Of a stretch of DNA of 64,000 nt, positions 46,886 through 55,535 are shown piece after piece. The stretch is from NCBI GenBank assembly GCA_965240465.1, contig OZ251219.1, positions 608,001 to 672,000 of the forward strand, given 5' to 3'. The stretch is from a bacterium. Lineage in GTDB: Bacteria; SAR324; JACQKK01. Position 1 is the stretch's first letter. Each line of letters starts with the position of its first letter. The position numbers were made by a program, and so were the translations under genes. A model generated the notes under the pieces. The model searched no databases, was not told the origin of the DNA, and saw nothing but the letters and a program-made list of their open reading frames with translations.

Positions 46886-47713
46886 GTGTTTTCAATGAAT
46901 GTTTCGCCGACCATTTCTATTACCATAACTGGTCATAATGAGGCTGATTTACTAGCTCGGGCTTTTGAGTCGGTAGCTTGGGCAGATGAGATAATCTATG
47001 TGGATTGTGAGAGCAATGATGATTCGGTTGCGATTGCTCGCCGGTATACTAAGCGGGTTTATCGTCGTAGTAACAACTTAAATTTGAATGTGAACAAGGC
47101 TTATGCCTTAGAAAGAGCCAGCGGGGATTGGATTTTTTACCTGGACCCAGATGAGCAGATAAGTCCCGCTTTGGCTAAGGAGATTCGGCAGGTGATTTCT
47201 AGTCGGACTGCTAAGAATGGCTTTTCTTTGCCTCGCCGCAACTATTATTTTGGTTATTGGTTAAGACATGGAGGGCAATATCCCGATACCCAGTTGCGTT
47301 TATTGCGTCGCGGGAAGGGGTATTTTCCTTGTCATCATGTGCATGAGAAGCTCAAGGTGCAGGGGGAGGTAGGGGGTTTAAGGGAGGCATTGGATCATTA
47401 CACTGTAGCTACTCCATTGGTATCTCTGAGCAAGGTAGATTTTTTCTCTACCTTTGATGCATGTTTGATGGTGCAAGAGAACAAGCGTCCGGGCATTTGG
47501 ATGGCATTTAGTTATTGTTTTTCTAAGCCTTTGGGTCGTTTTAGTAGGCGTTGGTTGTTTGGGGCCGGATTTTTGGATGGCTGGCCGGGTTTTTTGCAGG
47601 CATTGGCGGGGGCTTTGGATTTTCCAATGCGATTCATCAAATTTTGGTGGTTTTTTCATCACCCAGAAGAGATGCCCTTGGGTTTCAAGGAGGGTGGAGT
47701 TAGGCAGGGTTAG
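46886..47713 (+). CDS. Glycosyltransferase family 2 (WaaE/KdtX-like LPS beta-glucosyltransferase)
   Basis: WADEIIYVD..S.D, DWIFYLDPDE, RRNYYFG.WLRHGG.YPD.QLRL, VHE, GFLDG. Confidence 0.9.
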   Translation: MFSMNVSPTISITITGHNEADLLARAFESVAWADEIIYVDCESNDDSVAIARRYTKRVYRRSNNLNLNVNKAYALERASGDWIFYLDPDEQISPALAKEIRQVISSRTAKNGFSLPRRNYYFGYWLRHGGQYPDTQLRLLRRGKGYFPCHHVHEKLKVQGEVGGLREALDHYTVATPLVSLSKVDFFSTFDACLMVQENKRPGIWMAFSYCFSKPLGRFSRRWLFGAGFLDGWPGFLQALAGALDFPMRFIKFWWFFHHPEEMPLGFKEGGVRQG

Positions 47714-47780
47714 GCGGAGTTAGGCGGAGTTAGGCAGGGTTAGGCAGGGTTAGGCGGAGTTAGGCAGGGTTAGGCGGAGT
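47696..47780 (+). repeat. 8 x 10-bp G-rich tandem repeat TAGGC(AGG/GGA)GT
   Basis: Read directly at 47701-47780; supplies the glycosyltransferase stop codon. Confidence 0.97.
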
Positions 47781-47852
47781 TTTACTGGTGTGACAGGATG
47801 AGGGGTTAAGTTTTAGTTGTCGGGGGTGGACGATGGGTAGGAATTTGGGAGT

Positions 47853-49520
47853 TTAGGTGGTTTCAGGGCAGATTTCTTCTTTTGTTTTGCTATTTTTTTG
47901 GCAGGTTGGAAAGATGTGGTCTTCAAAGAGCGTTTTCACCAGCTGTTTTTCTTGATCATCCAGGTAGAAGAAATCTACTCCGCGGTCGGTTATTTCCCAG
48001 AATTTTTTGGAACTGACCGCCATAATTTCATTAAGGATGGCTTCCATGCGTTCTTTAGGTTCTATGCTAAGGTCATCGATGATTTGTTGTAGTAGATTGT
48101 ATTCTTTATGAGCCAGCATGAAGCTGGCTAGGCTTATTTGAGCTTTACGTACACTGCGTAGATCAAATTCGTTGGCACGGGTACTGGGGTTATCATCTAC
48201 TTCTAGGAATGTTTTTAGCAATTTATCCAGGGAGGAGGATTTTAAGTGATAAGCTCTTTTAAGAATAGAAGCTAGATCAAAGCAGACGGTAATAAGGATC
48301 AGGGGGATATTATAGTTTTGGGCGGTTTGGCCGTAGAATTTGAAGTAAAAAGCGATTTTTTCTGCTAGTTCTGCATCAGATTCCAGTATTTCTTCGGCTA
48401 GCAGACGGTATTGATAAAGAATGTTGTAAATCGCCTTAGGGTTACGAGCATTCAATGAATGACGCAAAAAGGTATTAAAGAATTGCACTGCATCGTTGAG
48501 GACTTGTCGGTCTTCCAGCAGAATGGCGTAGTGTCCCATTATGCGGGTATTGTTGGCGATGGCACTGACGACATCGGGCATTTGCTGGACTGCACTCTTA
48601 AAGACCAAGTCCATGTCCATAAAGCCTCGCAGTTCCAGCCAGTTGTTTCCTTGTGATATTTCATCAAAGAAGTCAGAAGAGATAGCTGGGAAGTGTTTTT
48701 TTTCAGGCTTGAACCATTTTTTGGGCATGCGTTTTTTGATGAGCATATGGTCAATCATAACATCGCGTAAGGATCGCAAGCTGAGCAAAGCCACATTACG
48801 GTCGGTTTGAGATACAGCACTGAGAGCGATGTCGGTGATTTGTTCGGTAGCATTAGCAGCGTTTTCTTGGTGTTGTTTTAGTCCTCCCCAGCGGGAGGCT
48901 TTTTTCATGGAGCGTAGGGCATTGCGTCTCAGTGTTATAAGGATGTTGGCAGGGGTAAGAAAGCGAAAAACATAGGAGAAATAAGGCAATAAGAGGATCA
49001 TCACCAAGATGCTTAAAGCTACTAATGATAAGGCTCCCCAAAATGGAAAAACCCCAGAATTAACGGAATAAATAACCAGCACGCTATACATGCTAGTGAC
49101 CACCATCAGGGTGAAATACCCAATGTTAATCCGATCTGCTACAAAGAGCTCCACCAATTTTGGCGTATAACGCTGAGAGGCTAACTGAACCACAATCGCG
49201 ACCACGGTGATCACCAAACCTAACAAAGCCACTACCACCTCTGCCATTCCCCCGATCGCATCGGTGACACGATCCGACTCAGCTAGTACAAATAGCTCCG
49301 CAAAGGACCTTATTCCAGTGAACGATACGACATCGGCAAAGCGAACACCTACATGCAACACTGCCACCAATAAAGACACCAATAAAATAGGGAAGATCCA
49401 AGAACCAAACATGGTACCCTTGTGTGGTCCCCATTCATCAACATCTTCGCTCTGCCGCAACTGCTCCAGTTGATGCAGTCTATCTTCTAGGGGCATTGAA
49501 TCTTTTTTAGATTTTTCCAA
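47853..49520 (-). CDS. Predicted membrane protein, DUF2254-like
   Basis: ITVVAIVVQLASQRYTPKL motif, about five TM helices, large helical C-domain. Confidence 0.7.
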   Translation of the reverse strand: MEKSKKDSMPLEDRLHQLEQLRQSEDVDEWGPHKGTMFGSWIFPILLVSLLVAVLHVGVRFADVVSFTGIRSFAELFVLAESDRVTDAIGGMAEVVVALLGLVITVVAIVVQLASQRYTPKLVELFVADRINIGYFTLMVVTSMYSVLVIYSVNSGVFPFWGALSLVALSILVMILLLPYFSYVFRFLTPANILITLRRNALRSMKKASRWGGLKQHQENAANATEQITDIALSAVSQTDRNVALLSLRSLRDVMIDHMLIKKRMPKKWFKPEKKHFPAISSDFFDEISQGNNWLELRGFMDMDLVFKSAVQQMPDVVSAIANNTRIMGHYAILLEDRQVLNDAVQFFNTFLRHSLNARNPKAIYNILYQYRLLAEEILESDAELAEKIAFYFKFYGQTAQNYNIPLILITVCFDLASILKRAYHLKSSSLDKLLKTFLEVDDNPSTRANEFDLRSVRKAQISLASFMLAHKEYNLLQQIIDDLSIEPKERMEAILNEIMAVSSKKFWEITDRGVDFFYLDDQEKQLVKTLFEDHIFPTCQKNSKTKEEICPETT

Positions 49521-49749
49521 GGTGTTTTTCTCTCCTCTGGCAAAAATAAATTAAAAGAGGTCTCAGCTCTTTTTTGTCCGTTCCAGCTAATCTTGGGGAT
49601 TACTGGCATAGGTACGTTTTCTGGAACTTAAACAACCCGACCATGCTAACACATTAATACTGAATGGGTTATCTTGAGCTAGGTTTTACCTCGGCAGGTT
49701 AATTTTAAGTCTCGTTTTAGCAGGTAATTTTTTATACAAGTAAAATGCT

Positions 49750-50628
49750 GTGCCTATCTTTGGTTCAAATCTTTTTTATTTTACCTCCAATAAGAAGAAT
49801 GCTCCTATTTCTTCAGCATCTGGGGCAAGTTTTTCTCCATGGAGATCCTATAATATATTCCCGCTCAATTTGTATACCGCTTGGCTACGCTTTCGCCTGA
49901 GGCACGAGAAATGTCCTGATCACGTGGGACTTATCTTGGATGGAAACCGTCGTTTTGCTGCCAGTCAGAAATTAGAAAAAGCTTGGATGGGACATGCCAT
50001 CGGGGCTCGCAAGGTGGAAAAAGTAATAGAATGGCTACGTTTGACAGGGGTACGGGTGGTGTCTATTTGGGTTTTTTCCTTGGAAAACTTTCACCGAACA
50101 CCCGAAGAAGTGGCAGTACTGATGCAACTCTTTGAAAGTGAGATCGCCAATTTAGCTAAAAGCCCCAAGCTTGAGCAACATGGAATTTGCGTGCGGGCAT
50201 TTGGCGTGTTGGAAGCTCTGCCTCCACAACTGTGCCAAGCCCTTAAAAAAATTGAAGCGGACACCCAACACCATAAAAATTTCTTTCTCAATATAGGAAT
50301 CGCCTATAGCGGTCAGCAGGAAATTGTCCATGCAGTTCAAACTTGGCTGAATACCCAAGCCCAAAAACCTAACCCCCCCTCTCTCAAAGCCGCCGCGGCC
50401 GCTCTGTCTCCCGAAACACTTTCCCAACACCTCTATAACGCCAAACTGCCCAATCCAGACCTCATCATTCGCACCAGCGGCGAGCAACGTACCTCAGGCT
50501 TTCTCCTCTGGCAAAGTGCCTATGCAGAATACTACTTTTGTCCCGCTAACTGGCCAGAATTCCAAGAACATCAACTACTAAAAGCCCTCTTGGCATACGC
50601 CAAAAGGCAAAGAAGATTCGGATGCTAA
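49750..50628 (+). CDS. uppS: cis-prenyltransferase (UppS family)
   Basis: HVGLILDGNRRFA, GH..G, FSLENF.R..EEV, YSGQQEI, PDLIIRTSGEQRTSGFLLWQSAYAE, RRFG. Confidence 0.9.
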   Translation: MPIFGSNLFYFTSNKKNAPISSASGASFSPWRSYNIFPLNLYTAWLRFRLRHEKCPDHVGLILDGNRRFAASQKLEKAWMGHAIGARKVEKVIEWLRLTGVRVVSIWVFSLENFHRTPEEVAVLMQLFESEIANLAKSPKLEQHGICVRAFGVLEALPPQLCQALKKIEADTQHHKNFFLNIGIAYSGQQEIVHAVQTWLNTQAQKPNPPSLKAAAAALSPETLSQHLYNAKLPNPDLIIRTSGEQRTSGFLLWQSAYAEYYFCPANWPEFQEHQLLKALLAYAKRQRRFGC

Positions 50629-50673
50629 AAAATCCAGCCCACCGCAAATCTATTGAAAAACCTATCGCATCAC

Positions 50674-50795
50674 AAACCCACTGCACCGAACCCCACTGCA
50701 CCGAAACCCACACAAACCTACACAAACCCACCGAAACCCACACAAACCCACCGAAACCCACACAAACCCACCGAAACCCACCGCACCGAAAACCC
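50674..50795. repeat. C-rich 10/15-bp degenerate tandem repeat AAACCCAC(AC/CG) between convergent uppS and rplI
   Basis: Read directly; minus strand is a run of GGGTTT units. Confidence 0.92.
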
Positions 50796-50836
50796 AGCTC
50801 TGCGGTCGGGAAAAGATCAGAAAGGGAGATGGCTCT

Positions 50837-51490
50837 TTAGGAAGAAATATCGGGGGAGGCAGCTTTATTTTTTTCTGTTTTGTCAGTATCAGGTGATGCT
50901 GCGATTGAATCTGTGGCAGTTGAATCTGTAGCGGGGGCATCCGTGGCTGGGGGAGCTGCTACTTTTTGGTTTAATTCTTGTGCAGGAAGGGGCGAGGATT
51001 TTTCTGGTTGTTTTTTGGGATCATCAGGGGCGGGCAGTTTTTCTTCTGGCTCTACCTTTAAGTTGAGTTCCACCCGTACCTGACTATGTAGTTTGATGAT
51101 GAAGATGTGATTGCCAAGGTGGCGAATAGGTTTGGGCAGGGAAATATGGCGTCGGTCAATGGAATGCCCTAGTAATTCCAGTTGAGTACTGATTTCCCGA
51201 TTGGTGATGGAGCCGAAGAGCTTGCCAGTTTTTCCAGCCTTAGCATTTATTTTGAGTTCTAGTTGTGCTACGGTTTCGGTTTGGGTTTGAGCACTTTCAA
51301 TTGCGGTTTGGCGAAGTTTTTCCAAGTACAGACGGCGATGCTTGTATTCAGCGGCGTTTTTGCGATTAGCAGCGATAGCTAATCCTTTGGGGATGAGGTA
51401 ATTACGTGCATAACCGCCCTTGACTACTAGCTCATCGCCTAAGGAGCCTAAGTTGGGAACATCTTTGGTGAGGATGATTTGATAATTCAT
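50837..51490 (-). CDS. rplI: 50S ribosomal protein L9 with low-complexity C-terminal extension
   Basis: IILTKDV.NLG..G..V.VK.GYARNYLIP, GKLFGSIT, PIR.LG. Confidence 0.95.
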   Translation of the reverse strand: MNYQIILTKDVPNLGSLGDELVVKGGYARNYLIPKGLAIAANRKNAAEYKHRRLYLEKLRQTAIESAQTQTETVAQLELKINAKAGKTGKLFGSITNREISTQLELLGHSIDRRHISLPKPIRHLGNHIFIIKLHSQVRVELNLKVEPEEKLPAPDDPKKQPEKSSPLPAQELNQKVAAPPATDAPATDSTATDSIAASPDTDKTEKNKAASPDISS

Positions 51491-51584
51491 AGCTGGCGGA
51501 AGGGTTTATTCAACGATGGTTATAGGAGGGCGTGAGGCAGGGGAGTATATGCTTTAACAGGAGAGCAGCAGGGATTTGGGTTCA

Positions 51585-51998
51585 CTAATTTTGAGGGTTA
51601 GCAGCTTGTTCTTTTGGTTCGGATGTGCGGGTGGTATTGCTTCTTTCTCCAGTATATTTTTTTACATAGGGTGCTGAACTCGGGGTTTCTCGCGATTGGT
51701 ATCTGGGGGTGCTGGTTGGGGTTATTTGAGGTACATAACCATCAGAGAATGAGAGCAAGGCAAGATGTCTGGCTCTTTTGATAGCAAGTTTCAGTTTTCT
51801 TTGGGTACAAGCATCGGTTCCAGTTATTCGGCGGGGCATAATGCGTCCATTATCGGTCACGTAATCCTTCAAGATTTCGGCATCTTTGAAAGGGATGCTC
51901 TCCATTCTATTAAGGGGAGAGGCCTTACGTTTCATAAAGAATAAACGACTACCGGGGCGTCTTTTTTTATTGCTAGGGATTCTTTTTCTATGGAACAT
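51585..51998 (-). CDS. rpsR: 30S ribosomal protein S18 with C-terminal extension
   Basis: FKDAEILKDYVTDNGRIMPRRITG...QRKL..AIKRARHLALL. Confidence 0.95.
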   Translation of the reverse strand: MFHRKRIPSNKKRRPGSRLFFMKRKASPLNRMESIPFKDAEILKDYVTDNGRIMPRRITGTDACTQRKLKLAIKRARHLALLSFSDGYVPQITPTSTPRYQSRETPSSAPYVKKYTGERSNTTRTSEPKEQAANPQN

Positions 51999-52045
51999 GT
52001 TTATTTTATAGGTTTCTTTTACAGGGGGGAGGTGTTTTCCATCAA

Positions 52046-52630
52046 TTAGGGAGTTAGTTCTTGTTCTTTTTGGGCTTTTTCTTGGCTTTGTTTCATTTCT
52101 TCAAAGGCTGCCAATTCTGCCTTATAGTCTTCCACCCTGATGGAAAGCCAGCGAAAAACCTTTTCTTCAATGCAGAATTGTTTTTCTAGTGCATGCAGGG
52201 CCAAGGGATGAAGACTGAGATATAAGATATAATAGTGTCCGTAGGTCTGCTTTTTGATGGGATAGGCTAATTTTCTTTTTCCCCAACGGGTTTGATGTGT
52301 TAATTTTCCCCCTTGTTCTTCAAATAATTTCTTAAATTTTTGCAAGAGATTGTCTTGGGCATCATCATTTAGATCGGGGTGCAAAATTAAGGTGCACTCG
52401 TATCCCCCGCTGGATGATGTCGGGGAGGCTTTTTTGCGGCTGGTACTATTGTCGGGAGGTTTTTTGGGAGAGGTTTTTGTCGTAGCAGGGGCAGTGCTAG
52501 CAGGGGCAGGCGTAGCAGGGGCAGTGCCAGCAGGGGTAGGCGTAGCGGGTGCAGGCGTAGCAGTAGTATTTTCAGAGGGTCTAGGGTTCATGGTTGCCGA
52601 TTGGGAAACATCAGGAGAGGAATTTACCAT
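52046..52630 (-). CDS. rpsF: 30S ribosomal protein S6 with Pro/Ala/Thr-rich N-terminal extension
   Basis: YE..LILHPDL, WGKRKLAYPIKK...G.Y, VFRWL. Confidence 0.92.
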   Translation of the reverse strand: MVNSSPDVSQSATMNPRPSENTTATPAPATPTPAGTAPATPAPASTAPATTKTSPKKPPDNSTSRKKASPTSSSGGYECTLILHPDLNDDAQDNLLQKFKKLFEEQGGKLTHQTRWGKRKLAYPIKKQTYGHYYILYLSLHPLALHALEKQFCIEEKVFRWLSIRVEDYKAELAAFEEMKQSQEKAQKEQELTP

Positions 52631-52711
52631 ACAGGGTTTCTACTATGGCTTAATGAGGAGTTCCTTGCCAAGCATTTTTAGCATATTTGCCTAAAAAGAC
52701 CAAAGATTTTG

Positions 52712-53287
52712 TTAGGTAGCTGCTTGTTGTTCGGGAATGGTGAAGGTTGTAGCTATAAGGGGGTTATCGGGGTTCCACTCTGCTCTCGATTGAGCGGCGA
52801 ACATTATTACCTGTTCCAGTTGATCAGCCTCAGTATCCGATGGCTTTGACAACACATATTTGGTGATTTCGGTCTTGCGTTCAGGGCATCCAATTCCTAG
52901 TCGTAAGCGAGCAAAATTAGTGGTCCCCAAGCTTCTTTCAATTGATGCTAACCCCTTGTGTCCTCCGCTAGAACCAGACAATCGCAACCGTAGCTGCCCT
53001 ATCGGCAAGGCTAAGTCATCCGTGATGATCAACAGATCGGCAGGATCCAATTTGTAAAAGTGAAGCAACTCGGCAACCGATTCTCCACTTAGGTTCATAA
53101 AGGTTTGCGGTTTAGCCAAGATGACTGGCGGAGTGGGAACTTTAGTCAACAATGCCTTTTGTTGTCGCTTCCAAGCGGGAGCAGAAATTTTTTCTGCCAA
53201 GGTATCAAGCACCTGAAAACCCAAATTGTGACGGGTGAGAGTATATTTATCCCCCGGATTTCCTAGACCGACAATTAACATGATCAA
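52712..53287 (-). CDS. pth: Peptidyl-tRNA hydrolase
   Basis: LIVGLGNPG..Y..TRHNLGF, KPQTFMNLSG, DDL, GGHKGL.SI, RLRLGIG, YVL. Confidence 0.96.
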   Translation of the reverse strand: MIMLIVGLGNPGDKYTLTRHNLGFQVLDTLAEKISAPAWKRQQKALLTKVPTPPVILAKPQTFMNLSGESVAELLHFYKLDPADLLIITDDLALPIGQLRLRLSGSSGGHKGLASIERSLGTTNFARLRLGIGCPERKTEITKYVLSKPSDTEADQLEQVIMFAAQSRAEWNPDNPLIATTFTIPEQQAAT

Positions 53288-53419
53288 CCTTCATGATGGC
53301 ATTACGATGGTTTCTATGGTGGCATTCATGAATAGCAAGGCTACCAGACGATGTTATTAGAATAACAAGGCTGTTAACCCAGCAGGACGCGATAACAGAT
53401 TATGATAACATAGCAACAG

Positions 53420-54073
53420 TTATTTGTCACCCTCAGGCTTTGCTTCTGAATCTTCGGACTCAGGACTTTCTTCTTCGGTGGCAGCTTCTTCTTCTAGATC
53501 GGTCATTTTGCGCGGGGATTGTAGTACCATCACGGTATCTTCCTTATCATTGACCGCCTCCACTCCCTCTGGTAATTGCATATCGGATACATGGATGCTG
53601 TCCCCAATGTTGAGAGGGCTGATGTCTATTTCAATCTGTTGGGGAATGTTGCCCGGTAGGCATTCCAAAAGCACCTCATGCATCACGGTTTGTAGTAAGC
53701 CACCATGCACTTCACCAGCAGCCTTGCCCACCGATCGAACCTCCACCAACACTTTCACCTTGATAGACAAATCAACCTGATAAAAATCAACATGCACCAA
53801 ATTATTACCCAAGGGTGAAGTGTGCACCTGACGCACCAATACTTGATATTTTTCCTGCTCAGTTCCTTCAACCTTCAGGGATATCAACCTCTCACTGCCG
53901 TGAATGGCCTGAAACACCTGCTCTGCTTGGCGAGTATCCAATTCTAAACTGATGGGAGGCTCGTTCTTACCATACAAAATCGCTGGCAAACGACCCGCTC
54001 GCCTCAATCTGCGACAGGCAGATGAACCATGCAGGGTGCGAACCGTGGCTGCTAAAGTTTTCGCGATCTCCAT
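53420..54073 (-). CDS. rplY: 50S ribosomal protein L25 / Ctc
   Basis: RRLRRAG.LPAILYG, HVDFY, G...GG.LQ, IP..I.IDIS.L.IGDSIHVSD. Confidence 0.95.
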   Translation of the reverse strand: MEIAKTLAATVRTLHGSSACRRLRRAGRLPAILYGKNEPPISLELDTRQAEQVFQAIHGSERLISLKVEGTEQEKYQVLVRQVHTSPLGNNLVHVDFYQVDLSIKVKVLVEVRSVGKAAGEVHGGLLQTVMHEVLLECLPGNIPQQIEIDISPLNIGDSIHVSDMQLPEGVEAVNDKEDTVMVLQSPRKMTDLEEEAATEEESPESEDSEAKPEGDK

Positions 54074-54076
54074 GTT

Positions 54077-54160
54077 CTCGGTTTGCTGCTCTCGGTTTGC
54101 TGCTCTCGGTTTGCTGTGCTTGGCTTGCTGTGCTTGGCTTGCTGCTCTTGGTTTGCTATA
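54077..54160. repeat. About 6 x 14-bp degenerate tandem repeat CT(C/T)GG(T/C)TTGCTG(CT/TG) immediately upstream of rplY
   Basis: Read directly. Confidence 0.88.
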
Positions 54161-54395
54161 TTCTTGACTGCTTTATGGCTCGGTTTCTACTAGGTACGTT
54201 GAACTCTAACAGAAAAAATACCCCATGGGAGATATTTTCCATCTCCATTGAGTACTTTGGTACTATGCGAGCTAGATACTGCTAGAACACTAACGTAATT
54301 GGTGCTTATAGTTAACGATTTATAATGCTCTTCCCAAGTAGTGCTAATTCTAAAGGCATATGATATACTTATTTAAGGCGATATTGAGATGAATA

Positions 54396-55073
54396 ATGAA
54401 GCAAGCAAAGATATTGATAGTAGATGATGAACAGGACAATCTAGAACTCATCAAGGATATTTTTGTTTCGGAATACGATGTTCGCGTTGCTAGCAATGGA
54501 GAGAAGGCGATAGAGATAGCCTTAGAATGGCATCCAGATCTGATCTTGTTGGATGTAGTAATGCCTAATTTGGATGGTTTTCAGGTGTGTTTGAAGTTGA
54601 GGCAGAAATCGGCGATGAGGGGTGTTCCGATTATTTTTTTAACGAACAAGAATGATCCTGCTTCAGAGAGTTTTGGCTTGGAGTTGGGAGCAGAGGATTT
54701 TATTACCAAGCCTTTTGATAAGGAGGTATTGAAGAGTCGGGTTAAAAAGCGGATAGGAATTTTATTCCCGAAGACCTATATTGAGAATACGGAGATTGGA
54801 GATTGTGTTGTCCTGTGGGACAGGCAGGAGGTTCAATTGCCCGACAAGGAACAGCTCCCGCTAACTTCTAAGGAAGCTGCCTTGCTGAGGATGCTGGTGG
54901 ATAACAATGCTAGGGTGCTGACGCGGGAAAAGATTTTGGAAGAGCTCTGGGACGATACTTATATCACCGACCGCACCATAGATACCCATGTGAAAGATTT
55001 ACGCAAGAAAATTCCTCCCTTAGCCAAATTGCTAAAAACCATTTACGGAGCTGGATATCGGCTTGATTTATGA
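54396..55073 (+). CDS. OmpR/PhoB-family response regulator
   Basis: ILIVDDE, PDLILLDVVMP..DG, DFITKPF; winged helix LT.KE..LL, RTIDTHVKDLRKK, TIYGAGYR. Confidence 0.95.
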   Translation: MKQAKILIVDDEQDNLELIKDIFVSEYDVRVASNGEKAIEIALEWHPDLILLDVVMPNLDGFQVCLKLRQKSAMRGVPIIFLTNKNDPASESFGLELGAEDFITKPFDKEVLKSRVKKRIGILFPKTYIENTEIGDCVVLWDRQEVQLPDKEQLPLTSKEAALLRMLVDNNARVLTREKILEELWDDTYITDRTIDTHVKDLRKKIPPLAKLLKTIYGAGYRLDL

Positions 55074-55148
55074 GTCTGTTTTTTTGCAGTGAGAAAGTAG
55101 TGCTTAACAACGGCATTCTTCATAGAATAAGAAAAGATATAAGCAGTA

Positions 55149-55412
55149 CTATTGTAGATGAGATATGTAGGTTCTTAAGTTTTTTTCCTTAAAGGCTTCT
55201 ACTTTGCATACAATTAATCTGTATTTACAATCAAAACCTTCAAATACTTTATTTGAAATATCTGCTAAGGAAAGCTTACTTTCAAAAAACAAAGTAGTAG
55301 TTAAAATATCATAGATTTCGGTCTTTAGCGTACTTTCCAAGTTTTCTCTTATTTTTTTGTGGTCTTCTGTTTCCCTTTCTCCTAAATCAAAGGAAATTAG
55401 GTAGTTTTCCAT
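55149..55412 (-). CDS. Small AT-rich ORF, Cas2/VapD-like ferredoxin-fold candidate
   Basis: 87 aa; N-terminal beta-strand YLISFDL ending in Asp, then helix, LTTTLFF strand, RLIVCKV strand. Confidence 0.5.
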   Translation of the reverse strand: MENYLISFDLGERETEDHKKIRENLESTLKTEIYDILTTTLFFESKLSLADISNKVFEGFDCKYRLIVCKVEAFKEKNLRTYISHLQ

Positions 55413-55535
55413 AATTATACACCGTAAAAAGGTTGTTTAAGATACCAATAATTTCCGAAAAAAACTGCTTATAATCAGTTTTTTTAGATAAGTGCGTTCT
55501 ATCAAAAAAGACTACCTGTGGTCAATGGTGTGTGT

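Noticed and set aside
50546-50940. Several short overlapping ORFs across the C-rich repeat (similarly 45086-45336, 53952-54285, 59935-60261)
   Set aside because: Open frames result from stop-free tandem repeats; translations are just the repeat unit.
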